Part shown: positions 1-8,003 of the stretch, piece by piece
Layout: each line of letters starts with the position of its first letter
Position numbering within the stretch: position 1 is the first letter of the stretch
From: Deltaproteobacteria bacterium
Lineage (GTDB): Bacteria > Myxococcota_A > UBA9160 > JAFDET01
DNA: 54,304 nucleotides
Assembly (NCBI GenBank): GCA_019310195.1
Contig: JAFDET010000002.1
Span: forward strand, 1-54,304
Reading direction: 5' to 3'
Made by a program: the position numbers and the translations under genes
The notes under the pieces: generated by a model
The model's database searches: none
Told to the model about the DNA's origin: nothing
What the model saw: the letters and a program-made list of their open reading frames with translations, nothing else

Positions 1-288
1 GCCCAGCTCGGGCGCCAGCTGGCGCCACTCGGCCAGCCGGGCTGCCAGGGCGTCGCGCTCGGCCAGGCCGCGCGCCACCAGCTCCAGGGCGCGGTCCTCC
101 TCCAGGGTCAAGAGCACCGCGACCACGCGGCCGGCCGGGTCGGCGGTGACCCAGTCCACGCTGCCGGAAAGCCCCTCGATGCCTTCGGCCAGCACGCGCA
201 GGGGTCGGCCGCGGCGGCCCAGGGCGGCACGCAGGGCGCTGCGCAGGCGGTCCGGCGGCGGCGGCGGCGTCCAGCGCAGCTCGCTCAC
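1..288 (-). CDS. hypothetical protein, 5' part only (runs off the window start)
   Basis: GTG at 288 overlaps the stop of the upstream ORF (GTGA, 285-288). The frame stays open to the window edge (VSELRWTPPPPPDRL...VDWVTADPAGRVVAVLL). No family recognised. Confidence 0.4.
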   Translation of the reverse strand, partial: MSELRWTPPPPPDRLRSALRAALGRRGRPLRVLAEGIEGLSGSVDWVTADPAGRVVAVLLTLEEDRALELVARGLAERDALAARLAEWRQLAPELG

Positions 289-1037
289 GGCGAGTCCTCC
301 GGCGCCAGCAGGAGCCGGGCCACGTCGGCCAATGCCCGCCCGGCCGGCGACTGGGGACGAGTGAGGCCCACGGGCCGCCGCTCGACCAAGCTGCGGTACA
401 GGGCCAGGTCGTCGACCAGCAGTCCGAAGCTCGCGATCGGCTGCCCGGCGACCCGCTCCAGCGGCCCGGCGAGCCGCTCGAACGCGCGGCGCGCCTCCCG
501 GACCGAACCGGCTCCGTGGATCACCACACCCAGCCGGTCGTGGCCGGCCTCTAGCCAGCGACGCCCCTGGGCCTCGGCCCGCTCCAGCGCCGCCGGCTCC
601 GTGGCACAACACAGCAGTGCGCGGTCGGCGTGCTCCGCCGCGGCGGGCGTCGCTTCCGCGGCCAATCCCGCCAGCAGCAGGCCCGGGGCGTCGAGGGTGG
701 TGCGGTCGGCGAGCCGGGTTCGCGCCTGCCCCGTGGCTCGTACCCAGTCCTCTGCGTGGGCGCCGCTCACGCGGACGCCCAGGGTCGCGTCCTCCTCGGG
801 AACGCCCGCGTCGGGCGGGATCACGGCCTCGACGGCCGCCCCCGCGCGCCCCAGCTCCAGGGCCAGGTTCCAGACGATCGCCCCGCGCAGGAGGTCGGCA
901 GCCTCCATGGGCACGGCCAGCAGCTGCACGGGGCCCGGCTCCGGTCGCGACTCGGCCTGCGTCGGGGACGACGGCTCGGCGGCCGGGCCCAGGGCGGGAT
1001 CGAAGTAGTGGAGGACGTCGCCCAGGCCGCGTGCCAC
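285..1037 (-). CDS. MinD/FlhG/ParA-like protein with degenerate (missing) Walker A
   Basis: 250-aa ORF starting 3 nt after the ParA stop. Overall layout matches MinD/FlhG (..CCATEPAALERAEA.., ..GVVIHGAGSVREARRAFERL..SFGLLVDDLALYRSL..). The position of the KGGxGK[ST] loop reads LLAVPMEAADLLRG. Confidence 0.5.
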   Translation of the reverse strand: MARGLGDVLHYFDPALGPAAEPSSPTQAESRPEPGPVQLLAVPMEAADLLRGAIVWNLALELGRAGAAVEAVIPPDAGVPEEDATLGVRVSGAHAEDWVRATGQARTRLADRTTLDAPGLLLAGLAAEATPAAAEHADRALLCCATEPAALERAEAQGRRWLEAGHDRLGVVIHGAGSVREARRAFERLAGPLERVAGQPIASFGLLVDDLALYRSLVERRPVGLTRPQSPAGRALADVARLLLAPEDSP

Positions 1038-1040
1038 CGC

Positions 1041-2129
1041 CTACTGCACCACCAGCACGGAGTTGCGTTCGCCCACCGGCCCGGTCTCCACGCGCGGGTT
1101 GTCCGGGTCCTCGCGCCAGCGCCCGTCGACCACGTAGCGGTAGTGGTAGGTGCCCGGGCTCAGGCACAGGATCTTCCTCCACACCCGCGTCGAGCCGTCG
1201 CTCGAGACTTCGGATTGGACGTCCTTGTCCGGGATCCAACCGTTGAAGTCGCCGGCGATGCGCACGTCCTGGGCGCCGGGGTCACGAAACGAGACCACCA
1301 CCCGCCGTGGCTCGGTCTCCTCCGCTTCGCCGACGACCTGCAGCGTTGCCTTCAGCTCCGCCGCGGCGGCAGCCGCCACCTCGAAGGCCAGGGCGCCGTA
1401 GTCGGCGGTTCCGTTGGCGGACGGCGCATAGGACACCACGGGCACGCCCCGGCGCGCGGCCTCGCGCAGCTTTACGTTCTGGCGGATGACGGCGTCGAAG
1501 CACATGTCGCCGAAGAGCCCGCGGATCTCCGCCAGCGTCTCTCGCGCGAATCGCGTGCGTCCGTCGTACAGCGTCGGAAGAATGCGCACGTCGAGATCGT
1601 GGCCCAGCCGTTCGGTCAGGAGGGCGATGGTCTCCAGAAGCTTCTGGACGCCATGGATCGCGAAGTGGCTGGTCTCCAGGGGGACGATCACCTCCTGGGC
1701 CGCGCGCAGGGCGTTGAAGGTGAGTAGCCCGACGTTGGGCGGGCAGTCGATCAGGGCGAAGTCGTAGGGTCGGGCGAGCTGCCCCAGGGCGCCGACCAGA
1801 CGCTCGGTGCGAGCCTCCGCGTGCTCGGCGGATAGCTTCTGCTCCAGCGCCGAGAGCACGATGCCCGAGGGCGCCACCTCGATGCGCGGATCCACCTCGA
1901 CCAGGATCTCGTTCACCAGGGCCCGACCGTCTTCGTCGGCCAGCACCTCGTAGAGATTGGCTTCGGTCATCTCGGGATCGATTCCCAGGGCCAGGGTCGC
2001 GTGGGCCTGCGGATCCATGTCGATCACCAGGACCCGGGCCCCGTCGGCGGCGAGGCTCCCGGCCAGGTTCACGACCGTGGTGGTCTTCCCGCAACCCCCC
2101 TTCTGGTTGACGATGGCGATGGTGCGCAC
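1041..2129 (-). CDS. ParA/Soj-family ATPase fused to a C-terminal AMPK-beta/CBM48-type glycogen-binding domain
   Basis: GTG start at 2129, preceded by a G8 run. Deviant Walker A is IAIVNQKGGCGKTT, followed by VLVIDMDPQ and FALIDCPP. The C-terminal 90 aa (about 1044-1313) read VSFRDPGAQDVRIAGDFNGW...GTYHYRYVVDGRWREDPDNP, typical of AMPK1_CBM/CBM48. Confidence 0.85.
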   Translation of the reverse strand: MRTIAIVNQKGGCGKTTTVVNLAGSLAADGARVLVIDMDPQAHATLALGIDPEMTEANLYEVLADEDGRALVNEILVEVDPRIEVAPSGIVLSALEQKLSAEHAEARTERLVGALGQLARPYDFALIDCPPNVGLLTFNALRAAQEVIVPLETSHFAIHGVQKLLETIALLTERLGHDLDVRILPTLYDGRTRFARETLAEIRGLFGDMCFDAVIRQNVKLREAARRGVPVVSYAPSANGTADYGALAFEVAAAAAAELKATLQVVGEAEETEPRRVVVSFRDPGAQDVRIAGDFNGWIPDKDVQSEVSSDGSTRVWRKILCLSPGTYHYRYVVDGRWREDPDNPRVETGPVGERNSVLVVQ

Positions 2130-2256
2130 GGTTCCCCCCCCGCTGTTACTCCGACACCATGTTGGGTCGAAGTGGCCGCCTTCGGAACGAGTCCATGACC
2201 CGGTTGGGCCGGCGACGTCGGCGAGGCGGCCCGGGCGGAGCCCGGGGCAGGCTGCG

Positions 2257-2778
2257 CTAGGCGGAGTGTTCGGCTCGCGAGACGGACGGACGGCTGGCTT
2301 TCGCGCGTCGCGCACCCGAGGCGCGACGCCATGCCTCGACGTCGCGTTCGAATGCCGCGACCTCGAGCACCCACTCTTGTCCCGAAAGGGCTTCGAACAC
2401 CGTGCCCTCCCGGAACACCAGCACCACGTCACCCGTCGCCACGAGAACCAACTCCGCCAAGGGACGACGTACGGTCGGCAGGACCCGCATCAGCTGCGCG
2501 ATGCTCTTCCGGATCCGCTGGACCGAGACGCCGGCGTCGATAAGGCGTTTCGCGGCCTTCAAGGCCACGAGGTCCTCGAACGTGTAGCGGTGATGACCCC
2601 CCTTTGTGCGCGCCGAGGGACGGACCAGGTCGGTCTGCGCCCAGTACTGGAGCTGGCGCCGGGACACCCCGACGATCTCCACGACTTCGCCGGTACGGAA
2701 CAGATCCTGCGACAACGCATCCGCAGACTGCTGGCCGGAAGCCGATTGTGAGTGCCGTAGCGATGTACCAGGCGACAT
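2257..2778 (-). CDS. MerR-family transcriptional regulator
   Basis: N-terminal HTH FRTGEVVEIVGVSRRQLQYWAQTDLVRPSARTKGGHHRYTFEDLVALKAAKRLIDAGVS. AGGAGG Shine-Dalgarno upstream of the ATG at 2778. Confidence 0.85.
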   Translation of the reverse strand: MSPGTSLRHSQSASGQQSADALSQDLFRTGEVVEIVGVSRRQLQYWAQTDLVRPSARTKGGHHRYTFEDLVALKAAKRLIDAGVSVQRIRKSIAQLMRVLPTVRRPLAELVLVATGDVVLVFREGTVFEALSGQEWVLEVAAFERDVEAWRRASGARRAKASRPSVSRAEHSA

Positions 2779-2812
2779 CGCACCTCCTGTCCGCCCAAGG
2801 CGGCAGAACGAC

Positions 2813-2840
2813 GTTATACGCTGCCCCCGGTTCGAGTCAA
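2813..2840 (-). promoter_or_regulatory. sigma-70-type promoter candidate for the merR-parA operon
   Basis: The minus strand reads TTGACT, a 16-nt spacer, then TATAAC. It lies about 35 nt upstream of the merR ATG. Confidence 0.5.
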
Positions 2841-2916
2841 GCCAAATTCCCGAGGAGTTGTGCGGTTCGCGAGAGGCCGGATCGCCGCCGGCAGACGGCT
2901 TCGGTAGGGTGGCTCG

Positions 2917-4107
2917 ATGGCCGAGAACGAATCAGAGCGCCAGCGGGGGAGCCGTGACGGCGGGCGGACGCTCGTGGAGGATGCCGGCGGGACCCGGCCC
3001 TTCATGCGGGGGATCCTGATCCACTCCCTGCTTTCCCGGGGTGTCGCCTTCGAGGACGCCTACGCGGTGGCCAACCAGGTTCGCGACCAGCTGCGGGGGC
3101 GCCAGATCTCCCGCGAGGAGCTGGGCAAGACGATTGCCGAGGTCTGCGACAAGGACGGGATCGTCGTAGAGGCGGCGCTGCACTCGATCTCGCCCGAGAT
3201 CACGGTCGTGTCCGGAGACGATGCTACGCCCTTCTCCAAGGGCATCCTCTCCCAATCCCTGCTGGCGGCGGCCCTGGAGCCCGCCGAGGCCTGGGACGTG
3301 GCGCGCGGCATCGAAGAGCGGCTGGTGAACGAGAGTCGCCGCAGCGTGGAGCGCGGGGACCTGCGGCGTATGGCGTACGAAGAGCTGCTGAGCGCCTCCC
3401 GCCAGCGGGCGGCCCGCCGCTACCTGGTGTGGCGGCGCTACCAGGATCCCGATCGTCCCGTGGTGATCCTGCTGGGCGGGGCCGCGGGGGTGGGAAAGAC
3501 CAGCCTGGCGCTCGAGGTCGCGCACCGTCTGGGCATCAGTCGCGTGATCTCGACCGACGCAATCCGACAGGTGATGCGCCTGATGCTGTCGCCGGAGCTG
3601 GTGCCGGCCATCCACAGCTCTTCGTACGACGCCTGGCGCGTGCCCGGCTTCGAGCCCACACCCGGCGGCGATCCGGTGGTGGAGGCATTCGCCGCCCAAG
3701 CGTCGGCGGTCTCCGTCGGGATCAAGGCGATGATCGACCGCGCCATCGACGAGAACGCGAGCCTGGTGCTGGACGGCGTCTCCCTGCTTCCCGGCCGCCT
3801 GGACCTGGAGGCCTACGCGGACCGCGCGCACGTGGTCTTCCTGATCGTCGCCACCTTCGACGGTGACGCGATTCGCGCCCGTTTCACGCGCCGCGCCGAA
3901 GGGGAGAAGGCCCGTCCGCCGCACCGCTACCTGGAGAACCTGGAGGCGATCCTGCGCATCCAAGATCACATCCTCGACCAGGCGGAGGCCAACGACGTGC
4001 CGATCGTAGAGAACCTCTCCTTCGACCGGTCCGTGCTCTCGATCATCCGGCAGGTGACGGAGACCCTGGCGAAGACGGACGGGTCCGACGTCACCGCGCT
4101 CCTCTAG
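2917..4107 (+). CDS. 2-phosphoglycerate kinase-like protein (two ATP-cone-like segments plus a P-loop kinase)
   Basis: ATP-cone-like repeats (RPFMRGILIHSLLSRGVAFEDAYAVA.. and TPFSKGILSQSLLAAALEPAEAWDVA..). P-loop VVILLGGAAGVGKTSLA. Layout resembles COG2074. Confidence 0.75.
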   Translation: MAENESERQRGSRDGGRTLVEDAGGTRPFMRGILIHSLLSRGVAFEDAYAVANQVRDQLRGRQISREELGKTIAEVCDKDGIVVEAALHSISPEITVVSGDDATPFSKGILSQSLLAAALEPAEAWDVARGIEERLVNESRRSVERGDLRRMAYEELLSASRQRAARRYLVWRRYQDPDRPVVILLGGAAGVGKTSLALEVAHRLGISRVISTDAIRQVMRLMLSPELVPAIHSSSYDAWRVPGFEPTPGGDPVVEAFAAQASAVSVGIKAMIDRAIDENASLVLDGVSLLPGRLDLEAYADRAHVVFLIVATFDGDAIRARFTRRAEGEKARPPHRYLENLEAILRIQDHILDQAEANDVPIVENLSFDRSVLSIIRQVTETLAKTDGSDVTALL

Positions 4108-4114
4108 TGGCCGA

Positions 4115-4951
4115 GTGGCCGAGCGGGACGGCGCGCCGGCGCGCCACCGCCGGTCACGCTTCGCGCGCCTGTCCGGCGCCGCGCTCTCCAGCGCCCTGGC
4201 CTTGTCGCTGGGCTGCGGGACCCTGTCGATCCCCGAGGAGCGGGCGCTGGGCGAGCAGGTCAACCGGGAGGTCCGGGCAGAAGCGCGCCTGGTGAAGGAC
4301 CGCGTGGTCTGGGACTACGTGCGCGAGATCGGGCACCGCATCGTGGCGGCCTCCGGATCCCAACCCTTCACCTACTCCTTCTACGTCGTCGAGGACGACG
4401 CCATCAACGCCTTCGCCCTGCCCGGAGGCTACATCTACATCCACTCCGAGACCCTCCTCGCCGCCCGCAACGTGGCCGAGCTGGCCGGCGTGATCGCCCA
4501 CGAGGTGGGCCACGTGGCGCTCCGTCACGTGGCCAGGAACTACCGCCGGCAGCAGGGCGTGGGCTCGCTGTATCGGATCGGCGTCTACGCGGCCTCGCTG
4601 CTGGGCGGCGGGCTGGCCGGGAGTGCCGCCAACCTGGGTGGCGGGCTGGCGGCCGCCGCCTACCTGAACTCCTACGGCCGCGACGCCGAGCGCGAGGCCG
4701 ATGCCTTCGCCGTCGAGGTGATGCCGCGGGCCGGCTACGATCCGGAGGGTCTGGTGACCTTCTTCAAGACCATGCTCAGCGAGTCGGGCGGGCAGCCGCC
4801 GGCCTGGCTCTCCAGCCATCCCACGACCGTCGAGCGGATCGAGAAGACGCAGCGCATGATCGAGGAGAGCCCGCTGCCGGTGGGGCTCCGCAGCCACGAC
4901 GACCGGCTCCCGCAGATCCAGCGGCGCATCCGGCGACTCCGAACACGCTAG
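4115..4951 (+). CDS. M48-family zinc metallopeptidase, lipoprotein
   Basis: HExxH motif (IAHEVGHVALRH). Lipobox LALSLGC near the N-terminus. Confidence 0.85.
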   Translation: MAERDGAPARHRRSRFARLSGAALSSALALSLGCGTLSIPEERALGEQVNREVRAEARLVKDRVVWDYVREIGHRIVAASGSQPFTYSFYVVEDDAINAFALPGGYIYIHSETLLAARNVAELAGVIAHEVGHVALRHVARNYRRQQGVGSLYRIGVYAASLLGGGLAGSAANLGGGLAAAAYLNSYGRDAEREADAFAVEVMPRAGYDPEGLVTFFKTMLSESGGQPPAWLSSHPTTVERIEKTQRMIEESPLPVGLRSHDDRLPQIQRRIRRLRTR

Positions 4952-4959
4952 GAGAATCC

Positions 4960-6372
4960 ATGCCCTCGAACCCGCCCCCCCATCGCACCTTGGGCGAGCT
5001 GCGCGCCGCCGGCTGGCAGCCTCGCACCCTGCGCGAAGAGCTGCGAGCCAATCTGCTGGCCCGGCTGCGCAGCGGGGAGCCCCTCTTCCAGGGGATCCTG
5101 GGCTTCGACGACAGCGTGTTGCCCGCGGTGGAGAACGCCGTGCTGTGCGGTCACGACCTGATCTTCCTGGGCGAACGCGGGCAGGCCAAGTCGCGCATGA
5201 TCCGCTCGCTGGTGGGCCTGCTGGACGAGTGGATTCCGGCGGTCGCGGGCAGCGAGATCTGCGACGACCCGTTCCAGCCGGTCTCGGCCGGCGCGCGGCA
5301 GACCGTGGCTGCCGAGGGAGACGCCACGCCCATCGAGTGGGTGGCCCGGGACGCCCGCTACGGCGAGAAGCTGGCCACGCCCGACACCTCGGTGGCCGAC
5401 CTGATCGGCGACGTGGATCCGATCAAGGTGGCCGAGGGGCGCACCCTGTCCGACGAGCTCACCATCCACTTCGGCCTGCTGCCGCGCACCCACCGCGGGA
5501 TCTTCTGCATCAACGAGCTTCCCGACTTGACCGAGAAGGTGCAGGTCGCGCTCTTCAATATCCTCGAGGAGCGGGACTTCCAGGTGAAGGGCTACCGGGT
5601 GCGGCTGCCCCTGGACGTGCTGGTGGTGGCCAGCGCCAACCCGGAGGACTACACCAGCCGCGGGCGCATCATCACGCCTCTCAAGGATCGCTACGCGGCC
5701 CAGATCCGGACCCACTACCCGGCGACCCGCGACCTGGAGCTGGCGATCGCGTTGCAGGAAGCGAAGCCGCCCCACGTAGAGGGCGTCGAGGTGTTGGTTC
5801 CACGTTTCCTGCAGGAAGTGGTGGCGGAGACCACGCTCCAGGCGCGACGCAGCCCCGACGTGAGCCAGACCTCGGGCGTGTCGGTGCGCGTGACCATCGC
5901 AAACTACGAGACCCTTGTGGCCAACGCCCTGCGGCGCGCCCTGGCCACCGGAGAGAGCCAGGCCGTGCCGCGCGTCTCGGACCTGCCGTTCCTGGACGCC
6001 TCGACCCAGGGCAAGCTGGAGCTCGAGTACGCCGGCGCGGACAAGGACGAGGCCGACGTCATCGCCGAGCTGCGGAGCCGCGCGCTGCGCGCCGTCTTCG
6101 ACGAGTGCGGGCCGGGTGAGGGCGTGGCGTCGGTGGTGCAGGCCTTCGAGCAGGGCTGGAACGTGGAGGTCTCCGCCAGCATGCCCTCGGCCGAGTACCT
6201 GGAAGGGCTCGATGCGATCCCCGGTCTGCGCGAGGGCGCCGCCGCCCTGGCGGGAGGCGACTCGCCGGCGCAGCTGGCCAGCGCCATCGAGTTCCTGCTG
6301 GAGGGGCTTCACCTCTCGAACCGGCTCAACAAGGTGGAGCGGGACGGGACGGTGGTGTACGGCCAGCCGTGA
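4960..6372 (+). CDS. ChlI/Mg-chelatase-type AAA+ ATPase (partner of the VWA protein)
   Basis: AGGAG Shine-Dalgarno. Walker A GERGQAKS. Walker B region reads GIFCINELPD (Asn where Asp is expected). SANPED sensor region. Confidence 0.8.
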   Translation: MPSNPPPHRTLGELRAAGWQPRTLREELRANLLARLRSGEPLFQGILGFDDSVLPAVENAVLCGHDLIFLGERGQAKSRMIRSLVGLLDEWIPAVAGSEICDDPFQPVSAGARQTVAAEGDATPIEWVARDARYGEKLATPDTSVADLIGDVDPIKVAEGRTLSDELTIHFGLLPRTHRGIFCINELPDLTEKVQVALFNILEERDFQVKGYRVRLPLDVLVVASANPEDYTSRGRIITPLKDRYAAQIRTHYPATRDLELAIALQEAKPPHVEGVEVLVPRFLQEVVAETTLQARRSPDVSQTSGVSVRVTIANYETLVANALRRALATGESQAVPRVSDLPFLDASTQGKLELEYAGADKDEADVIAELRSRALRAVFDECGPGEGVASVVQAFEQGWNVEVSASMPSAEYLEGLDAIPGLREGAAALAGGDSPAQLASAIEFLLEGLHLSNRLNKVERDGTVVYGQP

Positions 6373-8003
6373 AGGTCTACCGCTACAGCCGCTGGGACGG
6401 GAGCCAGGCCGAGTTCCGCATGGATGCGGAGCAGGCGCTCGACGCCCTGTCCGAGCTCCTGATGGAAGGGCTCGACGTCAGCGAGGCGCTCGAGTGGATG
6501 CGCCAGGCGGGCTTCGAGCTCGGCGGCAACGAGATGCGGGTCATGGGCGTGGACGAGCTGGTCCGCGAGCTGCGCGAGGAGGCTCGCTCGCTCTACGAGC
6601 GCTATCGCATGGACGGCGCCAGCGACGAGCTGCGGCGGCGCTTCGAAGAGATCCTGGACCGGGAGCAGCGCGCGCTGGAACGCGCCCATGGTCATGAGTC
6701 CCAGCGCCTGAACCAGTTCCTCGAGCGCCGGCACCACGATCAGGCGGAGCCAGCCGGACTGGCTGACGCCATCGAGCGTTTCCGCGACCACTCCTTCGAG
6801 GACAGCGAGGCGGAGGACGCGTACCGCGAGCTGCTGGAGGAGCTGGAGCGCCTGCGCGCGCTGGAGCGCTTCCAACAGCAGCAGGGGGAGCGCTTCCGCG
6901 GCTCGGAGCAGGCGGACTACGAGACCGCCCAGGAGATTCGCGAGCGCATCCAAAGCTTGGAGCAGATGGCGCAGGATCTGGCCGATGGAAACTTCTCGGA
7001 GATCTCGCCCGAGGCGCTGCAGGAGCTGCTGGACGCCGGCGCCGTGCAGTCGCTGATCTTCCTGCGCGACCTGAGGTCGTCTCTCGAGAACGCCGGGTAT
7101 CTACGCGAAGGACAAGAGGAACTCACGCCCAAGGCCATCCGGCGGCTGGGCGCGTCGGCGCTGGCCCAGGTGTACGACGCGCTGCGCAAGGGCCGGCCCG
7201 GAACCCACGAGAGCCGCAGTGCCGGGGTCGGCCTGCCACGCCCGGACGAGACCCGCTCCTGGCAGTTCGGCGACTCGCTGGACATCGCGGTGGTGCGCAC
7301 CCTGATCGAGAGCGTGCTGCGCCAGGCGCGCGAGAACCCGGGCTCCCGGCTCACGACGCCGATCCGGCTGGAGGTCGACGACTTCCGCGTCCACGAGATG
7401 GACTACACGACCCAGACCACCACCGTGCTGCTGCTCGACATGAGCTGGTCCATGTCCTGGGCGGGGCGCTTCCCGGCGGCCAAGCGCGTGGCCCTGGCCC
7501 TGGACCACCTGATCCGCAGCCGCTACCCGCGCGATCACTTCTTCGTGGTGGGCTTCTACACGCGCGCGGTGGAGCTCTCGACCCGGGATCTGCCCGAGGC
7601 GAGCTGGAACATGGGCGATCCGTTCACCAACCTGCAGGAAGGGCTGATGGTCGCGGAGCGGCTGATCGCGAAGCATCCTTCGCCCAACCCCCAGATCCTG
7701 GTCATCACCGACGGCCAGCCCACGGCCTATTTCGTGGACAAGGAGCTGCGCGTCGAGTGGCCCATGGGTTTCGGCGGCATCTCGCCGCGGGCCGCCGAGG
7801 AGACGCTCAAGCAGGTGCGCCGGGTCACGCGCCGGGGCGCCACCATCAACACCTTCATGCTGGACGATGCGCCGGAGCTGGTCGGCTTCGTGGAGCGCAT
7901 GACCGCCATCAACAAGGGGCGCGCCTTCTTCACGCGGCCGGGCCAGCTAGGCTCCTACCTGATGGTCGACTATCTCTCGCGACGCCGGAAGCGCTGGAAG
8001 TGA
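6369..8003 (+). CDS. VWA domain-containing protein
   Basis: GTGA overlap with the AAA+ gene. C-terminal VWA domain with MIDAS-like VLLLDMSWSMSW. Long acidic coiled N-terminal half. Confidence 0.8.
   Translation: MKVYRYSRWDGSQAEFRMDAEQALDALSELLMEGLDVSEALEWMRQAGFELGGNEMRVMGVDELVRELREEARSLYERYRMDGASDELRRRFEEILDREQRALERAHGHESQRLNQFLERRHHDQAEPAGLADAIERFRDHSFEDSEAEDAYRELLEELERLRALERFQQQQGERFRGSEQADYETAQEIRERIQSLEQMAQDLADGNFSEISPEALQELLDAGAVQSLIFLRDLRSSLENAGYLREGQEELTPKAIRRLGASALAQVYDALRKGRPGTHESRSAGVGLPRPDETRSWQFGDSLDIAVVRTLIESVLRQARENPGSRLTTPIRLEVDDFRVHEMDYTTQTTTVLLLDMSWSMSWAGRFPAAKRVALALDHLIRSRYPRDHFFVVGFYTRAVELSTRDLPEASWNMGDPFTNLQEGLMVAERLIAKHPSPNPQILVITDGQPTAYFVDKELRVEWPMGFGGISPRAAEETLKQVRRVTRRGATINTFMLDDAPELVGFVERMTAINKGRAFFTRPGQLGSYLMVDYLSRRRKRWK

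Noticed and set aside
2829-2838. GGTTCGAGTC, resembling a tRNA T-loop.
   Set aside because: The flanks do not form a T-stem, acceptor stem or anticodon arm. The sequence overlaps the -35 region of the merR promoter candidate.
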